Of a stretch of DNA of 64,000 nucleotides, positions 26,550 through 36,100 are shown piece after piece. The DNA is from a virus (Duplodnaviria; Heunggongvirae; Uroviricota; Caudoviricetes). Made by a program: the position numbers and the translations under genes. The stretch's first letter is position 1. Each line of letters begins with the position of its first letter. The notes beneath the pieces were generated by a model. It did no database searches and had not been told where the DNA came from. It worked only from the letters and a program-made list of their open reading frames with translations. The DNA is taken from the IMG/VR virus record IMGVR_UViG_3300033489_000001, positions 318,023 through 382,022 of that record; one strand, given 5' to 3'.

Positions 26550-28565
26550 TTACGGGTATGTTATTGGATTTAATCTTCTCATTGAACGTGCTATATACAA
26601 ATTTTTAGTTGATAGGTACAGAGTGGCTATATAACTGTTATATTTATCCGTAGTCAAGGTATATGGAAAGAAAGAGTAACCACCTGAAGGAGCAAGCTTT
26701 GTATCAACAATATACCAACCCCCATCCAAACCATCCTTAACAATAAAAGTACTATAAGCTCCGGATGGCAATTTAACACCAATGGCATAATGGTGAGCCA
26801 TGTCTTTTCTACAAGTTATGGAATAAAAGGTATAATCACTTTGACTTCCCCATTCAGCAGATAACATTGTTACAAGAGAAAGATTCCAAGTTCCTGTAAC
26901 TGACTCAGCATAAACAAAGTTTCCCTTAGTACCTACTACATTCCAGTTATGGCCAATGGGATCAACATCTAAGTCCAAAAAATCAGGTGTTGGACTAGGG
27001 ACTGGAGATATAAGGCGTTGAGCCCATATTGCAGTTGCCGGATTACCAATACAAGTGTACAACAAACCCGCATTTCCAACGGCCACATTGGTTTGTGTAT
27101 AAGTTGTTTGAGATTTCACCTTGTTAAAAAGCCCAGATGAACCAGTATCAACTTCAACCGCAAAAGCCCAAGGAGAACCACTTGTAATTGTCAATATAAC
27201 TGCATAACCAGCAGGCATTGACATACCACAAGCAATAAATTGATTAGCAGTATAGCAAGACTTACAAAATCCATATAAAGCATAACCGGATATTGTAAGT
27301 ACTGAAGTCCAAGAAGCTGGATTACTTGGATCTGTGCTCGTGTAAATAAGAGAAGCAGAACCTAATGGGCCTACACCACATATGTAAAAGGTACCGTCAT
27401 AAAAGAACCCATCAGTAATAAGTACTGCACTAAGGGTAGTAACCAACGACCACTGCGTACCGTTGGGGCTATAAAATATTTTACCATTAGGGTCACTAGT
27501 ACACAGAACATAGCCCATATCATGCGTTGCATCAAAACCAGATATCAAAACTCCTGGGGGTGAAGAAGAAAAAGTTATTCCGGTGTCTACAGTTTCCCAA
27601 TTTAAAATAGTGGAACGATACGTGGCACGTATAAATTCAGCCATTGTTGATAAAGTGCTTATTCCCGTACCGTAACCAATAGTTATTGTTGGATCATAAT
27701 GAGTTAAGTCCGTTTTTAAATTAATATTGGGAGTGGATATCTTTCCTATCCCTCTTCCAACTCCTCTAGTATCATCTACTCGTGACAAATCACTAATAAT
27801 CCCATTTACTCTATTGGCTGCATGGCTAGCAGGATTTGTTTGGCCATCAGCCCAAGCAGAAGCAGCATTAGCACTTATTTTTCCTAAACCATAATAGGTA
27901 TCACTAGTTTTAGTTAGGTCAGCAATAATTCCAATTACTCTATTAGCTGCACTACCAGCTGGATTGGAAGAACCATCGGCCCAAGCAGAGGCAGCTGAAA
28001 TAGTGATCTTGCCTAAACCACGTCCAGTTAAGTCATGAGACGTAGTTGTCAAATCTGAAATTATCTTATCCAATCTAATTGCAGCATTACTAGCCGGATT
28101 TGTTTCACCATCGAGCCAATCAGGACCAGCTGCTGCTGATATCTTCCCTAAACCATAATAAGTATCAGAAGTAATAGTCAAATCAGTTATGATTTTATCA
28201 AATGCAGCATCGGCATTTGCCGCCGGATTAGTAGTACCATCCGCCCAAGCTGAACGAGCAGGAGCGGTTATTTTTCCTAACCCTCTTACAGTAGAGACGC
28301 TTGTCAAATCAGTTATGATTTTATCTAGCTGAGTCTCTGCATTGGCCGCTGGATTAGTAGTACCATCTGCCCAAGCAGATGACCCCGCTGTGCTAATAGC
28401 CGATGCTGCATGGGCTCCAACCGGATCGGTAATATGCGCGTGTAACGCGGCATCTGAGCTTCCGGAACCTGGAGGAAAGATCAAAGCATTTGCTGGAACC
28501 GTATCCGCCGGAAGGCGACCAGGCCCTGGGCTCACTGTTGTTACTGGATTTTTTGTTGATGGCAT
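26550..28565 (-). CDS. tail fibre / receptor-binding protein with ~40-aa repeats
   Basis: HITDPVGAHAASAIS motif; five W.DG..NPA..A....II.DLT...GLGKI repeats; lower-GC, propeller-like C-terminus. Confidence 0.7.
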   Translation of the reverse strand: MPSTKNPVTTVSPGPGRLPADTVPANALIFPPGSGSSDAALHAHITDPVGAHAASAISTAGSSAWADGTTNPAANAETQLDKIITDLTSVSTVRGLGKITAPARSAWADGTTNPAANADAAFDKIITDLTITSDTYYGLGKISAAAGPDWLDGETNPASNAAIRLDKIISDLTTTSHDLTGRGLGKITISAASAWADGSSNPAGSAANRVIGIIADLTKTSDTYYGLGKISANAASAWADGQTNPASHAANRVNGIISDLSRVDDTRGVGRGIGKISTPNINLKTDLTHYDPTITIGYGTGISTLSTMAEFIRATYRSTILNWETVDTGITFSSSPPGVLISGFDATHDMGYVLCTSDPNGKIFYSPNGTQWSLVTTLSAVLITDGFFYDGTFYICGVGPLGSASLIYTSTDPSNPASWTSVLTISGYALYGFCKSCYTANQFIACGMSMPAGYAVILTITSGSPWAFAVEVDTGSSGLFNKVKSQTTYTQTNVAVGNAGLLYTCIGNPATAIWAQRLISPVPSPTPDFLDLDVDPIGHNWNVVGTKGNFVYAESVTGTWNLSLVTMLSAEWGSQSDYTFYSITCRKDMAHHYAIGVKLPSGAYSTFIVKDGLDGGWYIVDTKLAPSGGYSFFPYTLTTDKYNSYIATLYLSTKNLYIARSMRRLNPITYP

Positions 28566-28577
28566 CTTAGTTAGCCT

Positions 28578-31166
28578 CTACGCTTGGCGTTTGCCCAAAA
28601 GGTTCCCTTTGATTCTAAACACGCTTGCAGTGGTTCGATTATTCGCAAGTACAGGGTCAAAGAAAACTCCGTTAGTCTCGTCAAAGATGGCGTACCGAAG
28701 AAGTAAAATAAGAACTAACTGCCCTCTATGACCTAATGAACTATCTGCTGCTAGTTCAGCTAAAATAGGAAAAATGTCTTTATGCCTATCGGGATCGCTT
28801 AGATCCTGAGCATAAGCATTTGGAACATAACCTGCGGGAACAGTTTTGAAATAACTACGTCCTTCGGAATCAATATCTCCAAGACCTCGAGTAAAGATCA
28901 AAGATTCCGGATTTACCACCATTGGAAGATAAACTGGAAGACTTAGAAAACCGGTTTGAGAATTAAAGTTGGCAACCGAAATGTCTGCATGACCGGACAG
29001 GTCAGATTCTCCTAAATAAGGAGGGGCAGAACCAGGATAGATACCTCCCGTTTGAACATAAGCATACGGGAAAGGATACCCCTCATCTTGAGAACCAGAC
29101 CCCGTTGTAAGAGCATACATGATTTTACTGGACAGCTTTGGAATGACCGTCAAGCTTGTGCTCAATAAAGCATTACGAGCCGCTTGTGGAGCCGCCATAC
29201 GGTAATAAACGGTTATCTGCTCCCCATTTTGAGGAAGAGGTCGAATAGCATTATACGTGACTACAATGTTATCCCCAGGACTAGTTGCGGATGCTAACGT
29301 AATAATACGGCCAGCTGTATCCAAAGTTCCTGCCCTAGGAACTGAATTTACTAAGATAGATAAACCAGCAGTTTGAGCCCGCTCTGGAAGATAAACCTTG
29401 TCTGTTAAACCAGAAACTTCCGCCGCTGCACTATAGGTAATAGGTACAGTCCCATATTCAAGATGTACTTCTCGATGGGGATAATCCAGTTCCTGACTTA
29501 CAATAGAGCTAAATGATACAGGGGCAGTTGCAGGTAATGCTGGCGGCCCTGGGTTATTAATTGAAAAACTAGCGGCACCAAAATCCGCAACAGGCGTGTG
29601 AGATAAACCAACTCCTGTTGGATAGCCTACAAGAAGAGTTACATATAAAGGCTCACTAGTTAAACCCCCCACCGCATGTGTGGTAATACTTAAAGAAGCA
29701 ATAGGAATTGCTCCCAATCCTGTAATGGAGATAATGTGAGGCAAAGCATCGGTTGTTATGCCTGGTGCAGTTGGTGCCCACCACTGAGCACTCAGAATAT
29801 CTAAAAAACGAACGTCAGCAGGAGCGTAGCTATCCCAGTTGAATGCTGCATAAGGATAAACCGCTAAGGGAGAGGGATTAATTGTAACTACGGAACCTTC
29901 TATCCAACCTCCCATGGGGGCATCTACAACGACTGTAACCGCCTCTAAAACTGAACGATCTGAAAATCGTCTACGAACAGCGTCAAACTCACCAATAAAA
30001 GGCCCTGACCCCGTATCTCCTGTAATAAAACCATCCCCACCATGGGCGTTTGTGATCCCTATCTCATTATCCATGAATACGGTAGTGCCCTGATAACCCC
30101 CACCATAAGGAGAGGTATCGGTGATCTCTGTACGCAACGAATTGTCTAACAGGAAGTTTACATTTTTCTCAAGTAATTCCGGCAGTGACCACCCTGAAGG
30201 CGACACTCCCATGCGGAGATCCACAATATCCCCTGCTGCAAAGATGTCATAAAATAGTCCATCAGGGCGATCTGACGGACCTGGAGAAGCTACGCCTCCA
30301 TTATGATTTTGACGTCGATCAAAAGCCGTAGTATTGCGCCTAAACACGGCCAAAAGAGGCACTGCATACATATAACCATCAACTGTTCCGAGGGCATGGG
30401 CTGGATTTCCGTCCCCCGCAATCCACAAGCCGGGGTCACCGTTGCTGGATTGATTTACATAGGGAAATGTTGTTGCAATGCCATTAGGAGCTGCGGCACT
30501 AACAGGAACGGAATTAGCAACTACCGTGGGATCATCTAGTCCGTAAGGAAAGGTAAAAAGATTGACACCTGGGATTACCCGAAGCCGGTATTGAATTTGG
30601 ACGCGCCTGGTTGTTTCTGAACCAACGAAGGTGTCTAAGAGATCATCGGCGTAGTTTAGAGCGACATCATTAGCGGGATCAGTAGCAACGTTACCTTCTT
30701 GCCAAATCCTAACTAAGACGCTCTTTCCTACTATGCTAGGAGAAGCGGAAATAAGCTGACGCCAAACTTCTAGCACCACAAGGTCAGTGCGCTGCGCTCC
30801 CGCTCCAGCCGGGCCTGCCCCAAGATCCAACTTATTAGATCCGGTGGCGTTGGTATGCTGAACTTTGATCAGCCAACCGTTGACATGAGCCTTGATGGCG
30901 TTCGGAATTTCTAACGTGTTAGCAACGGCGGAAGAAGAGAAAATGGCTGAGGTCGCATCCGAAGTAGTTAGGAAGTCATCAGAAAGCCAGCCGGAGGGGA
31001 TAGATGATCGAAGAGCAAGTTGCCCATAACCATCTGAAAGATCCTGCGAGAGTACGAGTTCCCGGTCAAGAATTGGCTTACCCGAGATGAAAACGCAACT
31101 TTCAAAAGCTCTTCCATCAGGAACATCATACCCACTAACTCCTGGACCTAAATACTTGATCGTCAT
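28578..31166 (-). CDS. virion structural protein, paralog of the 18113-22480 N-terminus
   Basis: Conserved N-terminal block shared with 18113-22480. Confidence 0.6.
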   Translation of the reverse strand: MTIKYLGPGVSGYDVPDGRAFESCVFISGKPILDRELVLSQDLSDGYGQLALRSSIPSGWLSDDFLTTSDATSAIFSSSAVANTLEIPNAIKAHVNGWLIKVQHTNATGSNKLDLGAGPAGAGAQRTDLVVLEVWRQLISASPSIVGKSVLVRIWQEGNVATDPANDVALNYADDLLDTFVGSETTRRVQIQYRLRVIPGVNLFTFPYGLDDPTVVANSVPVSAAAPNGIATTFPYVNQSSNGDPGLWIAGDGNPAHALGTVDGYMYAVPLLAVFRRNTTAFDRRQNHNGGVASPGPSDRPDGLFYDIFAAGDIVDLRMGVSPSGWSLPELLEKNVNFLLDNSLRTEITDTSPYGGGYQGTTVFMDNEIGITNAHGGDGFITGDTGSGPFIGEFDAVRRRFSDRSVLEAVTVVVDAPMGGWIEGSVVTINPSPLAVYPYAAFNWDSYAPADVRFLDILSAQWWAPTAPGITTDALPHIISITGLGAIPIASLSITTHAVGGLTSEPLYVTLLVGYPTGVGLSHTPVADFGAASFSINNPGPPALPATAPVSFSSIVSQELDYPHREVHLEYGTVPITYSAAAEVSGLTDKVYLPERAQTAGLSILVNSVPRAGTLDTAGRIITLASATSPGDNIVVTYNAIRPLPQNGEQITVYYRMAAPQAARNALLSTSLTVIPKLSSKIMYALTTGSGSQDEGYPFPYAYVQTGGIYPGSAPPYLGESDLSGHADISVANFNSQTGFLSLPVYLPMVVNPESLIFTRGLGDIDSEGRSYFKTVPAGYVPNAYAQDLSDPDRHKDIFPILAELAADSSLGHRGQLVLILLLRYAIFDETNGVFFDPVLANNRTTASVFRIKGNLLGKRQA

Positions 31167-31229
31167 CTTAAGCAGCCTCTTTCATTAGAGAATTATAAGG
31201 AGGGATTCCTCTGGCACTACGCTATGCTC

Positions 31230-31880
31230 TCAAAATGTAAGACGCCAGGTTATTGCAAGTGTTGATGTAGCAGGCTTGGATATTAAATTAAACGTCAAAT
31301 AATTTATGAGACAATCGAAATTAACTAGATTGACCGATGGGTCATAAGAACCATTTGGGGGCAGAACGGGATTTCTAACGGACATGTTAGTTGAACAATT
31401 TCCGCCGATTAACCCCATTTCTTTTAGTGGGCCAACTGCTTCGCTTTCGGCATAAGTCGTGGTGAAGTCTGCCACGTTCGTCGGGATAGCTGTAGGCATC
31501 CCATCGCCATCAATGAATTGAGTGCTTGTAAAAGTCTTACGCGCAAGTTCTGAATAAAGCGACCTTTGCGTCACAGTTGGAGCGGGGGGAGTAATTCCCC
31601 ATCCTGAATCTCCAGTACCAATTGCCAAGGCATAGATCCCGTGAGGAGGTTCTTGAGAATCTTTCATAAGACGACACAGAAGAATTGAGGCGTCCATTAC
31701 AACCAAATTTTTAAGTTCCCTGTGTTCTTGAATTTCCCCTGATACTCCATCTTTCATAGTAATGAAAACATCCCCTCGGATATGATGCTTACTAAAATCC
31801 TCAACTTGAAAGCTCCTAACCGCAAATGCGGGAGCTTTTTCAGCAACTTTTTTGAATGACTCAGAACTCTTCATTCTCAT
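31230..31880 (-). CDS. baseplate/tail-fibre attachment protein
   Basis: KNLVV, LAIGTG, L..ELARK, EA.GPLKEMGL, K......I.W.LTF pattern of myovirus fibre-anchor proteins. Confidence 0.65.
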   Translation of the reverse strand: MRMKSSESFKKVAEKAPAFAVRSFQVEDFSKHHIRGDVFITMKDGVSGEIQEHRELKNLVVMDASILLCRLMKDSQEPPHGIYALAIGTGDSGWGITPPAPTVTQRSLYSELARKTFTSTQFIDGDGMPTAIPTNVADFTTTYAESEAVGPLKEMGLIGGNCSTNMSVRNPVLPPNGSYDPSVNLVNFDCLINYLTFNLISKPATSTLAITWRLTF

Positions 31881-31944
31881 CTCCTCTGTCGCTCTACACC
31901 ATGGCTTTCCCCTCTAGCAACTACATAAGAAAAACCGTAGCGGT

Positions 31945-33177
31945 TTAGACGGTCGCTTCCGCACTCAGGCTAGAATCCCCACGCATACCAAACTGAAGGA
32001 CGGTGATGACTGTAGAAGGCCCCGGCGGAATAGGAGCTAGGTTGTTAGCCGTAATGAAATACCGAGGAGGTGTTCCCGCATTATCAAAAATTTTCCAAGC
32101 CACGTTATTCAAGAGCGAGACGTAATCCGGATCCCAAGGTTCCGCCATCGCAATTACGCAAGAATCTTCCACAGGCTTAGGAACTGCATCACTTAGATAA
32201 TTATGAAGCTCCAGGGTAGCTTCCATGAGCCGTGGGAATTTGGCCCATAAAACCGCCGTAGAGTTTGTAGTTGTGACGTTAGGAGTTGGAACAATCCCTG
32301 CCCCATGCGTGAATAATACTGGAGGATCTATAGCCGCCGGGAAATGATATTCATCGTAAGCCTTGGTACAAACTCCCACCTCGTCTACGTCAATGATCGA
32401 ATTGGCTGCTGCTGTCACTAATGCGGGGGAGAAAAATACAAGACCCCCATGTATGCCATACAAACCGTTCTGAACTTCTCCCGAGAAGCGTTCTAATGGA
32501 ATAGCTACTCGTAAAAGGTTTTCAATCCATTGAAAAACGAAAGTATCAGGGAATAAAGATTTTCCACTGACTGTGAGGATGCCACTTAGCGTTGTAAGCT
32601 TGTAATGACGCTCATCTCTCAAGTCAGCCCCAAGAGTTAGAACTACGGAACGAACCGGGCTTTGTTCCACCTCAACCGACAGGATAGAAACAGGAGTATT
32701 ACTCAAATCGGTCAGGGCATAATGCACAGGGTCCGTGAGCGCCGCATTTTGGAGCATGTTTTCTGAGAAAACCGCACGGACTCTGGTCTTTCTCGTAGCA
32801 ACTGCAAAAAAAGTCGGTGAAAGAGGAGTGCCTGTAAAGGTTACAGAATCTAATGTGGGGGCTAAAGGTTGACCCGAAAGTCCCCGAGCATCATCAATTG
32901 TCAGTGTGTAAACAATTTCAGCTTGTGGATCAGTGACTAGAAGTACGGTTTGAGCACTCTCAACTACAACGGAATGGACAACTAAGGTTGGAAAGATTGA
33001 GTAGTTCCCAACCGAGGCTAACGCTGGAAATGTTGTATCAAATAAATCCGTGTATCTTACACGAAGAAGGGTAGCACTAAGAGAAGTGGCTGATCCTAGA
33101 CCATAAGGTGAATAAGCACCTCCATAAGGCCCACTCCCGTATTCCCCGCTACCGTATGGTCCAAATAAATCAGTCAT
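31945..33177 (-). CDS. Ig-like structural protein
   Basis: YG.G.YG N-terminus; V.FSE...NY Ig-like repeats. Confidence 0.55.
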   Translation of the reverse strand: MTDLFGPYGSGEYGSGPYGGAYSPYGLGSATSLSATLLRVRYTDLFDTTFPALASVGNYSIFPTLVVHSVVVESAQTVLLVTDPQAEIVYTLTIDDARGLSGQPLAPTLDSVTFTGTPLSPTFFAVATRKTRVRAVFSENMLQNAALTDPVHYALTDLSNTPVSILSVEVEQSPVRSVVLTLGADLRDERHYKLTTLSGILTVSGKSLFPDTFVFQWIENLLRVAIPLERFSGEVQNGLYGIHGGLVFFSPALVTAAANSIIDVDEVGVCTKAYDEYHFPAAIDPPVLFTHGAGIVPTPNVTTTNSTAVLWAKFPRLMEATLELHNYLSDAVPKPVEDSCVIAMAEPWDPDYVSLLNNVAWKIFDNAGTPPRYFITANNLAPIPPGPSTVITVLQFGMRGDSSLSAEATV

Positions 33178-33186
33178 TAATAATAC

Positions 33187-36100
33187 CTAAGAATCGATGA
33201 AGATTTGAATTGCCGACAAACCAGGAACTCTAACCAACCTATAGTCATGGTAAAGATTGTCAAGAAAATCAAAAAGTACACCTCCGACCGTTTGACCGTT
33301 ATTTAAATCCACTACAAAGACATAACGTTCTCCTGATACCATTGTCACAAAAGCCAAACCTATTGTGCTTCCTGGAGATGAAAGTCCAACCCGGATTTGG
33401 CTGTCCCCAAGACCTCCGCTCGAGTCTTGAACCACTTTAAACCTAAACCGCACCTCTGTTTCTAAACTAATAGAATCAGGCAACGGAGTATTATTACGAT
33501 ATATCGTGCGGGTCCCAGTAGCATCCGTACCGTACCTTAAAATTCCCGCGAAAGCAGTGGCAAATTGATGTGAAGGATCGTCACTAACTCGTGACCACGG
33601 AGTAGGAGCCGAAGAATCATCTTCTGGAAGAACAGACCCATCATAATTGAGACAAACCAAGTTCTGAAACGATAACGTCCCTAAATCGTAGGGTTGAGAC
33701 TCATCGCTGAAAGGTGCAATCAATCCAGGGCTTCCCGTGGTGCTCTCAATAACTTTTAGACTATTGTAAAGGACATCATCAGGTACAACAATTTCAATCT
33801 TTTGCTCTGCATCGTTCAGTACAAATCCTTGGCTGTTTAGAACATCTTCCGGCCTATTGAGCCCCGCTACTGGGACTAAAACAGGTGTGGGCCTTCTCAC
33901 CTCATACGTTTGAGTACTTGGCACTAAAGGCGTTCCATCATTCAACAACGTGAAAGCTACGAGGTTTGGATCTCTAAGAAGATCCGGTTCAGTTTGAGGC
34001 GGGATCCCCTCAGATTCACTCCAAAAATCCGTATGGGTATGAGCAATGGTTGTTCGGTGATGCTCATAAGAAGCCATCACGTTACGCTGATTTAAAACTT
34101 GATGATGGGGAACAATTCCTAACTCTGATTGTGACCGAACGGCTCCAAACCTAACGTAATCCCAAGAAGTTTGGGAGATGTTCGTAGGATCAAAAGCACC
34201 CCAAAGGATGGACGGTAAGTTACCTGCAATTGTCCTAGCAATACCACTAGAGCAAGAAGGTAAATCTATAGAATTATATCCAACCAGAATAATTGGAGTA
34301 ACAAGGGTGTCAAGATAAACAGCCAGCCCACCGCTTGGATCTTTTGAAATTCGATACCGATGAGGGACAGACCAGTCGGTCTGGTATGCAATCCGATAAT
34401 CCACTTCGGAAGGCTGGAATGGAAATGGTGTTGCAACATCTACCGTAATAACCGTCGGGGTTACATTTGTAACTCTGTAAACGCCTTTATTAAGCCCAAT
34501 GTCAACAATGAGCTGATCATCTACTACAACGCCACTAGCTACAAAAGTTGCCACCAAATCTGTAAGGGTGTTTCCATTGACAGCCGCTCCTCTACCCGAA
34601 GTTCTAAGAGGTAAGTGATAACCCGTTAAAGCATTCGGATCATATCCTTTCCAAAATCCCACAAATCTCCGGTAACCGTAAACTGGATCCAAGTCATAGG
34701 TGCGATTAACTCTCCAGAAGTTGGAATAAGCCCATAAAACGGAACTTTGAGCTTGAAGACTAAGAGAAGTTGACGACCCAAAGGAAACTTGTCCTGAGGG
34801 AGTTGGTGGGGATGCCGTAAAAGAGCTGTAGGCTAAAGAACCTAAAAAAGCACCATCAACAAACAAAGAAACCAAATTGCCAGCAGTACTCTTAGTTGCT
34901 CGATATGTGTGAAACTCTCCGTCAAACCAATTAAAGAGAAATTGGACGCCCAAAACGTTTCCATCAGAATGGAACCGCACGTAACGATTCCCAGCTACTT
35001 CCTCAAGTAAAACACCTACGGAACGAGACCCATCATAGACTTGTGACATAACGCCACAAAAATCCGCCGGGTCCGGGGTATAAGTCAAAACTTTAGTTCT
35101 AAATTCCAAGTCGTAATCGATGATAGGTCCAACAATACGATTAGGATCTGTATCCACTACAGCATCATCAAGATGATAAACCAAGCCGTCTAAAGTTGAA
35201 GTGTCCTCAATCTTTAAGTACTGCCCTACCATTGATGCAGAAGCGCCACCGGTTTTATTCCAAAGGTAAGGAGCAAATTGCTCAGGCAAGGATCGTCCAC
35301 CGTAGCTAAACTTCGGAGCAGCTTTGTCTGGGAAGAAGCAAAGCTGCATAAGACGGTCCCCATCATCTATGGCGGCCAAAACAGCATTGGGGGTAATACC
35401 ATGTGTAAACGTCCGAAGAGCCACGTTCACATCTAAAATGGTATCAAAGGACGCTGCTAATAAAGGCTCAATTCGAGAGTAGCCTTTGAAGTCTCCACTA
35501 ATGAGTCCGGCCGCACTAGATGAAGGTAAATCAGTAGCACTGGTGGAATCTAAGAGTAGAAAATCCCCACCAACAATGGTCTCGGTACCATGAAATCCAA
35601 CAGGAGTCCAAGGTTGCGAAGCTTCCTCTGGTGGCGTTGTTCCTTCGTAGGAAACAAACATTGAAGGAGCTGCTTGCAATGGATTTAGAGGTATTGCTGA
35701 GTACCGAACAAAACTCCAGGTAGAAGTATTCTCCGCTGCACGAGATATAGACCCAAAGAAAACACCTTGCAGCTCATCAAAAGGAACATTCAACTCTTCT
35801 AAGTAGGGTATCTCCGTAGGTAATGCTCTCAAGGATTCTACAATGGAACCATCAACATAGAAGTAAATAACCCCTGAACGATCACGGAAAATACGATAAC
35901 TATGCAAGAGAGCCCAATCAAGTTCTATGGGCGCTCCAGTAGAAACCCCTAAAGAATCCACGCCTCCGGTCCAAGCGGTAATGTTCGAAGGATCATTACC
36001 TGCTCCGGCTTTCAGAAAGCCTACTTTTTTAGTGGTCCCATCAAGAAGGAAGCCCACAATCACGGCTTTCTCATCATCTGAATAACCAGATATTACCCCT

